Positions 39,277 to 51,339 of a DNA stretch of 64,000 bases are shown here, in pieces. The notes beneath the pieces are model-generated. The model was not told the origin of the DNA. It worked only from the letters and a program-made list of their open reading frames with translations, and ran no database searches. The translations under genes and the position numbers were made by a program. How positions within the stretch are numbered: the first letter of the stretch is position 1; every line of letters starts with the position of its first letter. Source of the DNA: Octopus vulgaris (lineage: Eukaryota); the NCBI GenBank assembly GCA_951406725.2, contig OX597817.1, forward strand, positions 105,400,001-105,464,000, given 5' to 3'.

Positions 39277-42075
39277 ATGGATTCTCTAACTTTGATTTCA
39301 AGACCTATTGATGTGATGAAACTAAAATCTTTCAGTCAACTGAACACAGTCTGTTACAATGGAGATACTATCAGGATGAATCCTTCTGTTCAAAACAAAG
39401 GGGACATGATACTCAGTTCTGAGACAAAAAACTTTACAGAACTATTTCCTCGTGAGTCTTCATTTCCAAGCATGAAAAAGACATCAGATGTTGAGTGTGT
39501 ACCATTAGCTGGGTCTTCTTTGCAGTCTACCACTGGGCATCTTCCTTGTGTTACTACTCCACTTGTAGCATTTGTTAATCCAACAGCTACTTCATTAATG
39601 TCTCAAACCTTGAAACCTGTTTCATCAACTTCTAATTCTTCTCCTCTGTGCTCAAGTAGCCAGGTTGCTGGAAAAAACAACTTACATCAACAATCTGCTC
39701 AACAATTAATTTTTGTTAAATCTTCTGTCTCACAACCAAAATCAGACACTTATGTGATTACTGCTGGGGAAAAATCAAATAGCTTTATGAAACCAGCATC
39801 ACAAACATTCTTTGGAAATGACTGTACAAAACTGATACCGGTGGCAACTATTGTTCCAAACAATGCTTCCCTTATAACAAATTCAAAAAAGAATGTCAAT
39901 TCTGATCTCCATCGGGAACCAGCTCTTGCAAGTCAAAACTTCAAACAGTTCAAAGGTGATAAAATTTCATCAAATATAAAAATGTCTTTACCACATTCTT
40001 CTATGTTTCATTCTAATTCCAATAATATCTTGACCACTTCTCCCTCAATGCCATCTCCATTGATCTTTTCTTCATACAATTCAAAACCGGAACTCTCTGA
40101 TCACACAGCTACAATGTCACAACCATTAAACCTGACACTTCAAGTTGTTCCACAACCTTTTACAAACATTGAATCAAAAAACACATGCTCTAATCAAGTG
40201 AGAAAGTCTAAATATGTTCCTGTTCAACAGTTTTATCATCCTAACATGGCTCTTCATTCACTGCCAAATCCTCATCCTACTCTTAATCAAACAAATCAAC
40301 TTCAAATGTTTTATAGTCCTCTTTCCCATAACTGTTTTACTTCTCCCTCTATAGATTATAGCCAATTTCAAAACCAAACTCTACCATTACAAAGATCTCA
40401 ACCAGTTGACTCAAATTTTGCTCTCGGTTCTCCTTATGGGCAATACATAAATCCAGGTACTCGAGAGCACAACAGTAATCCAGTTTCTCAAGCACACCAA
40501 ATAAATCCTGTCCCTCATAACCACCCCATCACTCATAATTCATCTCATTTTACTCAGGGAGCGTTTGGTAACACTTCTGTTTTGACAAACCCAGTTTTAC
40601 TAAACACTACAGGCAATTGTTCGGACCCTCCACTTGCCCTGAAGATAGACTCAATATATTCTCTTGCTGACAATTCAGAAAACAAATGTGATCTCAATTT
40701 AGTTCCTTCAACATTAGGTTTTAAACCGTCAAAGCTAGGTCTTAATATTTCAGGTAAAATTTCAATAGAATCCAAGGAAAATGTGAAAACAAAACGGAAA
40801 CCAAGTTTGCAAAGACCACGAGGACGACCTCCTCAAAAGACTCCCAAATTTGTAAATAAAAAGCAGCGGGACAACAAACCTAAAAAAATCAAAGCAAGTA
40901 AACCACTTAGGGAATCCAAGTCAGTGTTAAATAATAATTTACCTATCAGTAGGGAAGATATCACTGTAAGTTGCCATGCAAATGACTTTGAAAGTTTAAA
41001 GCCTATTACTGATGAGGAGCGGAAACTTAACAGCTTTTTTAAATATCTTGGACTTTGTCGCAGTTCAACAGTCAATACAGATAAATCCAAAAAGTGTTGC
41101 GACTTGTCAGGTGGGGTTGGGGGTAAAATCAGCAGCCACTGCTATGTCTCTAGGGAATTAGCACGCTGCTTTAGTTGTTATCTTGTTGTTCCCAAATTAA
41201 ATCTTCCTAGTGACTTCTCCTTAATGAATACCAATGATAGCTTAGCTACAGTCAAAACTTCAGAAAAATGTTCAAAAGAATGTCGTCATAATTTTCTCAG
41301 TGAGTTAGGGTCTACAACTGGAATTGTTCCAAGAAGTGGTGAAATAGATTTCTATTGGAAAATTATTCCTGAAATTGCTAAATGTTCTCATACAAGGAAA
41401 AAATACTGCCGAAAGTCTAAGATGAAAGCTATTGCTAATGGTGTTGGTTCTGAATGCAAATGTGTAGGATGTGTTAGCTGCCCTTCAAAGAAACCTGTGA
41501 ATCATGGAAAGATAAATTATTTGAAGAAAAAAGTGAAGACAGACATATCATCTCCAAGGATGACTGTTCTGAAAGGAATACGAGAAAAAATTACCACAAA
41601 ATACTCAAAAAAGAAAGAATTTGCTTCTAGTAAATTAAACAAAAACCTTAAGTCAGAAGATTCAAAGCAATTCAACAATGGTTTTAGAACTGATAAAATA
41701 ATGTATCCAATAGATAAAAAGAAGAAATTAAAAAGCGAAACATTTATTGGAAAACCTGATATAAAAGTTTGTAATGAACAACAAGAAAGTAAAGGAAAAA
41801 TAAATACATTGTTGTATCATGACAAACCTCACTATCACCAGGCAGTAGAAACAACACCAAGATTAACATTTTCAGACACTCCAAAACCACTAACTGAACT
41901 TGATATTCCCCCAAAAAATAACTTACCATTAATAGGTTCCTCTTGTGACTCTTCTGATCGTATTAAACGACTGAAAGAAATCTTAAAAGAACAGCAAAGA
42001 GATTTAGAAATTGCACGGCAGTATCTCAAGTCTAATGAAAGACAAACAGAAAATTTTCAGAGTATTACAAATTAA
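39277..42075 (+). CDS. Large single-exon nuclear protein (~932 aa from the first in-frame ATG): S/P/Q/N-rich disordered N-half, AT-hook, Lys-rich NLS, Cys-rich patches, LRIF1-like C-terminal coiled coil
   Basis: 2.85-kb open frame in AT-rich DNA; strong splice acceptor at 39091; Kozak ataATGg; RPRGRPPQK (40813-40839); DRIKRLKEILKEQQRDLEIAR at the C-terminus. Confidence 0.9.
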   Translation: MDSLTLISRPIDVMKLKSFSQLNTVCYNGDTIRMNPSVQNKGDMILSSETKNFTELFPRESSFPSMKKTSDVECVPLAGSSLQSTTGHLPCVTTPLVAFVNPTATSLMSQTLKPVSSTSNSSPLCSSSQVAGKNNLHQQSAQQLIFVKSSVSQPKSDTYVITAGEKSNSFMKPASQTFFGNDCTKLIPVATIVPNNASLITNSKKNVNSDLHREPALASQNFKQFKGDKISSNIKMSLPHSSMFHSNSNNILTTSPSMPSPLIFSSYNSKPELSDHTATMSQPLNLTLQVVPQPFTNIESKNTCSNQVRKSKYVPVQQFYHPNMALHSLPNPHPTLNQTNQLQMFYSPLSHNCFTSPSIDYSQFQNQTLPLQRSQPVDSNFALGSPYGQYINPGTREHNSNPVSQAHQINPVPHNHPITHNSSHFTQGAFGNTSVLTNPVLLNTTGNCSDPPLALKIDSIYSLADNSENKCDLNLVPSTLGFKPSKLGLNISGKISIESKENVKTKRKPSLQRPRGRPPQKTPKFVNKKQRDNKPKKIKASKPLRESKSVLNNNLPISREDITVSCHANDFESLKPITDEERKLNSFFKYLGLCRSSTVNTDKSKKCCDLSGGVGGKISSHCYVSRELARCFSCYLVVPKLNLPSDFSLMNTNDSLATVKTSEKCSKECRHNFLSELGSTTGIVPRSGEIDFYWKIIPEIAKCSHTRKKYCRKSKMKAIANGVGSECKCVGCVSCPSKKPVNHGKINYLKKKVKTDISSPRMTVLKGIREKITTKYSKKKEFASSKLNKNLKSEDSKQFNNGFRTDKIMYPIDKKKKLKSETFIGKPDIKVCNEQQESKGKINTLLYHDKPHYHQAVETTPRLTFSDTPKPLTELDIPPKNNLPLIGSSCDSSDRIKRLKEILKEQQRDLEIARQYLKSNERQTENFQSITN

Positions 42076-43400
42076 AACAACATATAACAGTTGTAAAGAT
42101 TCAGTATTTTAAAGATAGATTTTATAGTTTTAGCACTGTAACCCTTTACATTCAAGCACAGTTTTATACAAATACACACATACTACAGTCATGCATATGT
42201 ATACATAAGTGATTTGATATCATAATACTTTCTCATATTTAGATTCATGCTTGCATTCTTACATGCATGCATGCATACATTCATGCACTCATAGACATAC
42301 AATGTGTAGTGCATGTGTTTGACTATTAAAACAATTTCAAGTGCCTAATTTAAATTAGGATCGGTTGGTACTCTGCTAGCACCGTTCTACTTCCTAGTCA
42401 TACAGTCCAGTTTGCTAATGAAGATGTTTGACTTGTTCATTAAATCTAGATTTTCCCTTTATTGAATTGTGGCCTCTATTTAAAAATTTTATATTTCCTT
42501 TGTATATATATATAAATTATCATACAAACACAGAAACAAGTAAAACAAAGCTCACAGGCATTGTTAGTGTTTCAAGTAATCCAGTAGCTCAAAATGGTGA
42601 ATTTATTATTTTTTCTCCTTATTTGCTACTGAATTGAACAATTTGAACTTTTGAGACAATGAAATGAAAGTAAATTAAGTTGGTTCATTATTTACAGTTA
42701 CTAACATTATGAAAATATCAACTTATTTATTAAAATTATATTGTAATATTTAACAATGTTTGAGAAAACTCTGTGACATCTTTAGATTTTTCACTGCCCA
42801 GTCTAAACTTTGTGTCCGGAATTGACTCTTCAATTCAGATTTTATCCATTATGAATTGGAATGGTTTTAAATTTTTTATAAATCTATTAAAATTTGCAAG
42901 TTTTTATTTTGCGCGTTTATAGAAGCTATACTCCTAAAACTTGATTTTTAGTTCAAGTTTGTAGAGCTCATCCACTATTGGTAGTGAGTAAAAACATCTG
43001 AAATCAATGTTATTGTTTTTATTATTAACATTGACATCGCAGACAAGATGTTTTATAATGTTCATTGTTCATTAATATTTTTATTATTTAGTTGTTGAAT
43101 TTGTTTCCCTCAAATGGCCAACTACCTATTCACAATAGCTTCAATTGCTGCTTTTCTCATATTGATCTCCAGGCAGATTTGTATAATAGTTTATTGAAAT
43201 GAAGCTCTGTGATTAGAGAAGCTATTATATTATTTAGTGACTAAATGACATGACCTGACATTCAATCACCATCTGCAAGTTCAAGAAGTTTTTGACTGGA
43301 CTGGAATAAATAGTGACAGATGTAGCTAACATGTATTTCAAAATCATTTGTGCTAAAGTTGACACAGTGTGAAGACAGTGGCAAAGTAATAAAGAAAAAC
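42076..43400 (+). other. Probable 3' UTR with AATAAA signals at ~43305 and ~43388
   Basis: AU-rich, repeat-free sequence after the stop codon. Confidence 0.4.
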
Positions 43401-44149
43401 AAGCTTTTATTTTAGTATCTAAGGTGGTTTCATTGAAACAGTTTCAGCATGGTAACTGTTAAATTGTGTGCTTATTTCCTTTAATAATACAACCCCTTGA
43501 AATGCTTCTATGTGGTCTCTCAACCTACTAGAAATAATTACCACTTTAAAAAGGAATGCATAATCCAGAATATACACTGTCTAATAACAAAAGCTGGGAT
43601 TTTTATGGCTGGAATCAGCTTCTCTCTTCAAGAATATAATTAGTAAAGATAAGAACGTTTTGGTACTAAGGTTACATACCTAAGCTCAGAATTACTTTGT
43701 TTTAGCAATAATAGTTAAAGCCATACTGGAGTGCCACCTTTATGCATGTATTTGTTATTAATGCACATGTGTGTCTGTACAAAAATAGCTGTTGCTATGA
43801 AGCAATTGCCAGCACTATGTTTTACAAGTTCAGATCAAATGCAGGTGTTTCATCAAATCTCTGAGTATGACACTTATAAATTTACACGTCTTTTTTCTTT
43901 ATCTGAATGTGGACAGCAACATTTAGTTTTACAAGTAAGCAATTAGTATCTTACAGGAAGTGGGTAACATCCCTTATGCATAGATTACAGTAATTACAAT
44001 TAAATGCTGATGTTTTGAAACCTCTTGGAGCTGGAAATCATTATTATAAGGACCTATGTGAGAAAGTGGATGTAGCTAAGATGTTTGCTTCTCAACCATG
44101 AGCACCAGTTTGGCTCCACTGCATGGCATTTAGGCAAATGTCTAATATA

Positions 44150-44695
44150 ACAATAATGCAGTACCAAGCAGTTGCTCCCATGGCTTTTGATATTAACTGA
44201 TTGTAAGTGTTATCATGTACATTGTTTTGTCTTGTTATAAAAGATGAGCTACAGCAAATATTCTGCTCAATACCACAGATTTGTTTGTCAGTTGTTTTAC
44301 CTTAACCAGGTGATGATACGTGCATCTCTGATCCACGAGCAGAAGTAGTGGGGGATCATCATAGCCATATGTTGAGAGGAATTCCTTGGGGTTTGAATAA
44401 TTCACCTCTGGAAACATGGGTATTTTGTTCATCATCCTTAAAACAACCCTTATTTAAGGACCTTTTGAGCAGGATGGGCTGCTTGACCTGAAGAAAATTC
44501 TAACTGGGCCCCACCTGCAAGGTAATGCACTGCTTATCTTGATATGAGATCACCATGTTTTGCACATATGGTTGTGATGCATATGCCTGGTGTATGACAG
44601 GTAGTCATGATGGGTATATATTGGGCTTTGTATATTTGTACCCCAGTGTCACTTTGATGGCATGCACTGCTTTGTCAATAATAATAAAGTACTTA
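44150..44695 (+). mobile_element. Interspersed repeat, probable LINE 3' UTR ending in (AAT)n
   Basis: Non-coding block bounded by 'aataat' ends that interrupts a SINE head at 44075-44140; family recalled as an octopus repeat, not verified. Confidence 0.4.
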
Positions 44696-45399
44696 TAGAT
44701 CCATCAAAAAAAAATGTTCATAGACACCCTAGTCGTCCGTTCATATAAACAACAATGTGAAAGACTGTTCATTGCTATTTCCTGAAAAGAAAGTCCTCAG
44801 ATTTTATGTGACGGCTGACGTTAAATGGTGCAGGTCATACAGACAGGTAGCTAGCTCATTCTAGAGAACTGGAGCTGACTTGCAAAAAGCCTAGTTACCA
44901 TAGCTTTCAAATACAGTTATCTCCTTTTCACGATGCAGTTCTCTATGGTATTGAGAAGTAAGGCCATGTACAACTTTCAACGTCAGCATTAGGATATTAA
45001 ATGTTATTCAGACTTTTACAGGAGGTCAGTGTGGAGACCATTACAAGTTCGGAGATACGATCAAATTTCTTTCTTCTCTCTATTATTGTAGCTGCTGTAT
45101 TTTAAATGAGTTGCATCCATAGGTCAGTCCAAGCGTTGTGAGTGAAATTGGGGAGATGGCAACCGTAAAAGTTCATTGGATGGATTGTATTACGTCCAGC
45201 CCTGTTGTGCCGATTCTACTTGACAGTCACAATCTCTCTCTCTCTCTCTGGAGTGACTTTGTGGTTACATGATTTCCTGTTCTTTCCCACTGCCTGTCTT
45301 CTGCTATAGCCCCGGGCTGACCAAAGCCTTGTGAGCCAATTCGGTTGATGGAAACTGAAAGAAACCCGTAGTGTCGCTGTCATACTGGTAGTGTCATAA

Positions 45400-45562
45400 A
45401 TTTGTAATATTCTGGAAAAGCATTCCTGCCGACCGTGGGGAAATATTACTTTGCTTGGAAAGAGGTGAGGATTGGTGACAGGAAGGGAATCCGACTAGAA
45501 AATTAGCTTCAATAAACTCCTTCATGCAAGCATAGAAATGGGGACTGAAATTGATGTTGATG
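45400..45562 (+). mobile_element. RTE-type 3' tail fragment
   Basis: ggtgacaggaagggaatccgactagaaa...catgcaagcatagaaa...gatgttgatg. Confidence 0.5.
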
Positions 45563-45599
45563 GTGTGTGTGTGTGTATAATATACATATGGAAATAACG

Positions 45600-45634
<35 letters not shown>

Positions 45635-46474
45635 TGTAAATAATGTGTGTATCTATCTATGATAGTGATGATGATTGTCTCATCTTGCCAGGTGACAGAC
45701 GTCTCTCATTTAGCTTGATTGTTCTGTTTTACTTTTATCTTTGCATGTGTGCGGATATGCGTTTAAATATGGCAGCGCATCCATCGCCATGGGACTATAA
45801 AATTCAAAACGGATCAAGAATGAAATGCTAGTGGCACCTGTACGCCAATGGATTTAAGTGAAAAAAAGCTTGTGCGCTCTTTTGCGTCTCTTGGTTGCCA
45901 TAGTAGGTTCCAGTGACAAGCACAGCAAGATGACTGGTACTATTTTGGCTGCGAGTTTCATACCAGGGTAGAAAAGTTGCCTCACCCCACGTTTTTGTCA
46001 AGAATAACGTGAACCTCCTCAAATCTTGGGAAATCTATTTAATCCAAAGATTGGACCCTGACGTGTACCATTATTCTGAGTCAGAATGGACCTGGCAATA
46101 ATGGTAATTAAGGAGTAACTACGCTCCTCACAACTCCAAATAGTTAAGCGTCCCTCATAATCATTTTACAATCATGGTACATAATCACTCATGTAACGTC
46201 TTAAGATAAGTTTTTTCTACCTTAGCTTCGTTTTACTTTGTACATTCAGGTAGACAAACTATGTTGTCCATCAAATAGTCGATACCTGTAACAAAGGGTC
46301 TGTCTATTGCTAAGAATATAAATATTTGTGGAAGTCCCAGCCACTTATACTATAATTCAACCATTACTTAGAGTTCATAAAAGAAAATGGAATACTCATT
46401 ATCAAAACTAAGAGAGAATCCATTTTCTTTATGTTTACTCTTTTATCTTTCTTTTTTTTTTTTCTATTGTATTT

Positions 46475-46618
46475 TACTTGTTTCAGTCTGCGGCGACGCT
46501 GGGGCACCGCCATGAAGAATTTTTAGTCAGCTGAATCGAACTTAGTACTTTTTTTTTAACCTGGTATTTATTCTATGGGTCAACACCGGTTGTGAAGCGG
46601 TGCTAATGAGACAAACAC

Positions 46619-46681
<63 letters not shown>

Positions 46682-46790
46682 GGACTTCTTTCAGTTTCCG
46701 TCTACCAAATCCACTCATAAGGCTTTAGTCTGCTCGAGATTATAGTAGAAGACAGTTGCCGAAGGTGCCACACTTTGGGACTGAACCCAA
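46475..46790 (-). mobile_element. SINE family 1
   Basis: Reverse homology with internal (TA)n(CA)n. Confidence 0.8.
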
Positions 46791-48177
46791 TGATTAGTGT
46801 TTTAATACAGATGATATTAATTTGGGACAGAAAATAAAGAACCAATTGTATGACGTGACACTAACCAAATATTTCTTGGCTGACAGATGATCCGTACCGA
46901 TTGCACCATGGAGCGATTGCTATTCCACACTTAGATCTCACTACTCGATATTGTCAAGAGCTCGAGAAAAACCATGTATTTCAACATTTCCAGATTGCGG
47001 AAACAAAAGAGAACCGGGCGCCTTTCCCATTTCACTGCTGGTTGGTTGCAGGAAAGAAAAATTGAAAATATAACTGATACAACAAATTAAGTGCAAACAC
47101 TGAAAAATTAATGTAAAATAAAATTTATATACGAAGGTGTATGAGATCCTCCCTGCCTACTTACATCACAAGTTGAATCTTTCCCTGTGTCTAAGACACT
47201 TGGTTTGCTGGCACTCCCTAAGATATTCGACGCTCAGTCCAGACTAAGCTCACCGTATCGTGAAGTTGTTCTGAGACTATCACAGCAAACACCCTTCCTC
47301 TATATGCTTATCTATATTTAACACGTCGTGTGGTTACTAATGTTGGCCTCAATACCTATCCCCTCTTAATTCAATTCTTGAGGACAAAGTACTATTTTAA
47401 CCTATAAAATTTGGTAGCTGGTTTATTCGCCTAACAGCCACCAGTCTGGGCCGATAAATTACTTTAGTATCTAACGACGCATGTTTGTCAAAGGCAATAT
47501 GTTGTCCTGTTAACTATTGCTCCACCCTCTAAATACACTCCATGTAGAAGGCATCAAACCCAACCGACACAGAAGTTACACTAACACCTATGTCCCGATC
47601 TACATAGCAGCGACAACCTTATCCCGACATTGAGAGCTCCCGTACAGACCCAAATTTACTGCTAACGTAGTCCCTGTAAAATGGCTGTAGCTCCAGATAA
47701 TGACCTCCAGTTACAAGATTTTGACTCTGTATGCTGCAACAAAAGCTAATAAGTTTGCGAAAGCTGTCACAATTAACCTCTGTAACACCGTTACGTTCGA
47801 AAGGGACAGACCTATACATCGTAAAGTACCTACCCTTCAGATTACTATCTTTGAATATATGATAGCGGTAACCTTTTAGAGGTCCTACATCGATGGAACA
47901 CTAAAACGAGATGTGGATTTCGCAAATAAGAATTAATACTCGATAGTGAGAACTCTTTTGGTCTTTCTTCAACGAATCAACATCTCTAATGTTGATGGCA
48001 AGATAAAATGTACCCAGTGTGCTATTCAAAGTTATGTATGAAACGAAGAGCATCAGACCGTAGAAAACGAGCCAAAATTGAATGTGCGAGTGAGATTTGA
48101 ACTTCATTACACGTTACATCGCAAGTTACCTGTCTAGAAAATAAAAACTGATAAAGGGTGTAAAGGATTATTTAGAC

Positions 48178-48412
48178 CATTGGTTCTCAACCGGTGTCCA
48201 TATGACCATCAGGGGTCCATACAAGCTTTTGTTACTAAAAATTTATGTGCAGTAAAATTGGTTATGCTTCTGCAATACACAAAATATTTTAAAACAATTT
48301 CTAATAATATTCAGTTATAAAGATATAATAGGTGTTTTAAAACAGCGATTGATTATGAGGGCTCACCCCAAGTAAAATAGGAATCAAAGGTACAAGTGAT
48401 TAAGAACCACTG
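48178..48412. mobile_element. hAT MITE, same family as 4228 and 9701
   Basis: CATTGGTTCTCAACC / AAGAACCACTG ends; internal homology. Confidence 0.7.
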
Positions 48413-48824
48413 ATTAGGCAACCTCTCTCTACTGTCAGTAGCGCGGTAAAAAAACAGAAAATCTACTCTACATTCTAAGAGCATACATAATAACAAAGTC
48501 GTTATATGCACAAAGCATAGTAATACAGACGAATGGTAATGACACTATATATTTTATTTTACAGCCAATTTTGGTCGTCGTCTATCACACACATGAACAG
48601 AAAACTGACTGATCTTATATCGTGATTTATGGTTGCATACCTTCAAATTAACGACGACTTACCGACATGGACAATATGTATTTAAACGTTCCTGTGACAG
48701 AAATAGAGTACCCTGTATCTGCTCTTATTCAAAGTTACTGCTCTGCTTGGCCGGTTGGCTGCGGCTTAGGGAATTCCGATACTCAAAGATTTTTTACATT
48801 TCTTATATTTTATCTTCCATCCTT

Positions 48825-49020
48825 TACTTGTTTCAGTCATTAGACTGCGGTCATGCTGTATCATCGACTGGAATTTTTAGTCGAATGACTCGACCCCTGT
48901 ACTTAGCCTTTGTTAATTATTCTCTCGGTCTCTCTTGCCGAAACGCGCTAAGTTACAGGGATGTAAACACACCAAAACCGGTTGCCAAGCGGTAGTGAGA
49001 GACAAATACAGACACAAAAA
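48825..49020 (-). mobile_element. SINE family 1, 3' half
   Basis: Tail and core homology. Confidence 0.75.
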
Positions 49021-49032
49021 CAAACATGTATG

Positions 49033-49095
<63 letters not shown>

Positions 49096-49183
49096 ATATA
49101 CTGGTGTCCAGCATGACCGCAGCCGTGTGGCTGAAATATATAAAAGGATAAAAGAAAGAATAGACGAATATATATAAACATAC

Positions 49184-49214
<31 letters not shown>

Positions 49215-49261
49215 CTGCGGCCATGCTATAGCACCGCCGTTCTGCTACTCTGCTAATATTG

Positions 49262-50325
49262 AGAGCTTCCTTTGATATGTGGCATTTGGTGAATAAGAGA
49301 GTTTGATGTCGCTGCCCTCATTTGTGTCCCCCACCGCGAGGTAGGTTCACTTGGGACTCTCGACAGGAAGAGCCCCAGTTTTGTTTTGAAAACACCTACA
49401 TCTGTGTAGGTTCCTCAGGCTATTTGAGGGAATATTAAAAGTTGTGAGCCCTTGAAACCCACGCTGTTGCTGTAACTGGTCCTGAAACGCGACGGCAATG
49501 CTGGGATCTTTGGCACTGTGCAGTGGCAACCCCATTCTGGCATTTGTGTAGCTTTCAATGCCAAAATTCGGTACAATCCCTTCCAGGATCTTCCAGATGT
49601 ATGTTACTGCGTATCTCTCCTGCCTTCGTTCAAAAGAGTAGATTCTTAGCTGTTTTAGCCTTTTCCTGTAGCTGAGCTGTTGCAATGAGACGATCATCTT
49701 TGAATAGCTTCGCTGGATTGCTTCAAGGGCTGCTGTTAATTTCCCACTGTGGGGTGACCATAGTTGGGAGCAGTAGTCCAGGCGGCTGAGGACGAATGTT
49801 CTCCAGAGGACCATCATGGTTTCCTTCTCTCCGGTTCTGAAGGTTCTCAGGATCCAGCCAGCCGTTTGCACTTTGTCACCATCATGTCGATACCCGGGTC
49901 ACGCACTGATTTCGTTACTGGGATTGTAACCCCCCACCACTGCCTGAGCCAGTGTACTCTGTATGTTTTTCGTTCAATTTTGAGAGTTGGTAGCGCAAAG
50001 CTTGGAATTTTCCAGCATTAAACTGCATATTATTATCCTCAGCCCATCTGTAAATTGCGTCCAACTCCTGTTGCAGGCCTGAAACATCGCTAGAGTTTTG
50101 TATTTTCTGCGAGACTTTTGTGTCGTCTGCGTAGCTAGCAAGGGTGGCTATCCGGACAGCTGAAGGCATATCTGAGAGGGCCACTAAGAAAAGCAGTGGT
50201 TCTAAGAAAATACCATGTGGAACACCACTCACTATTTTGTGCTTCCTTTGAGGTGGCACCATTGGCCACCACTGCCTGACTTCTATCTTCAGAAAGTCAT
50301 GTAACCACTCTCCAGGTTATCTGAC
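49262..50325 (-). mobile_element. CR1-like LINE 3' fragment (RT domains 4-7 and C-terminus), frameshifted
   Basis: SGVPHGIFLEPLLFLV, YADDTKV, LQQELDAIYRWAEDNNMQFNAGKF, VLSRLDYCSQLWSP, LEAIQR. Confidence 0.9.
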
Positions 50326-50484
50326 AAAATTCCGTGTAGCACAGAATTTTGTCAGTGAACAGGTCGCGGTCACAAAGCGACGAAAATATTTTGGCAAATT
50401 AAATTTAAATGTTGAAGTGAATCTAACGGTTTTTGTGTGTTTTAAAATGGCTTATAAACACCTTTCACGCTGCAACTGTTTTTG

Positions 50485-50540
<56 letters not shown>

Positions 50541-50570
50541 TCTTCTCTCTCCCCTCCCTCTTTCTCGATA

Positions 50571-50623
<53 letters not shown>

Positions 50624-50817
50624 CAAACCCAGTAATATACATATCAAACCCAGTAATTATTTTTGAATTTTGTACTTATTTTATCAATGCATATTTGTCG
50701 AACCGCTACGTAATTGTTAATTGTCCACCAACAACGTCACTGGTTTTAAGTGACACACCATACATACACACTCTTCTCTCTCCCCTCCCTCTTTCTCGAT
50801 ATATATATATATATATA

Positions 50818-51339
50818 CATAATTAATCAATATAGGGTGGCAAAAAATTTTGTAGAATTTTTTTGCCACCAGCGGCCTAGTGGGAAAAAATTAAATAGTC
50901 ATAGACCATTTATAAGTTCAACATCACAATCAAGGAACGGTCATAATAGGCCATTCACCCACTAGAAATAACAGCCAAAGCTTCAACCGCAAAATAACAT
51001 TAATTCCGCAAACCAGGAGAAAATTAAAAAAACATTTACCCTGTAGTTTCTTATACGATGCACCGTTTCATCTATTGTTTAATGGTAAACTAACCTGATT
51101 AAATTAAATCAAGCCAATCTTCCATAGGCCGATAGATTCATCAGTAAGAAGCAGCCAGATCGGAACAGATATTTTCACGAGGCTCTTCCATCCCTGCCTC
51201 GGCAATATCTGACCTAAAATTTTCAAATCATCGCACTCGCGCCAAATTTATCGGCAGCAAATAAATATAAGCCGCCGATTCCATTACGGAATTAACCAGA
51301 AAATTCATAATTAATCAATATAGGGTGGCAAAAAATTTT
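50818..51339 (-). mobile_element. Non-coding 488-bp terminally redundant HHR unit (retrozyme-like or solo PLE pseudo-LTR)
   Basis: Identical 34-bp direct repeat at 50818-50851 and 51306-51339; internal intact HHR; additional hairpins; no meaningful ORF. Confidence 0.7.
51048..51150 (-). ncRNA. Intact type I hammerhead ribozyme with long stem II
   Basis: TTCTTA-CTGATGA-ATCTAT..(gattggcttgatt/aatcaggttagtt hairpin)..ATAGAT-GAAA-CGG tgca TCG-TA-TAAGAA; predicted GUA cleavage between 51054 and 51053. Confidence 0.9.

Noticed and set aside
40554-42029. Antisense ORFs within the large CDS
   Set aside because: Short shadow frames of a real coding strand.
47100-48107. Possible LINE AP-endonuclease remnant on minus (MYRSVP...NLVTGG)
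   Set aside because: Motifs too degraded to support without a profile search.
50852-51305. Possible NUMT
   Set aside because: No mitochondrial gene, tRNA or rRNA motif recognised; better explained by the HHR unit.
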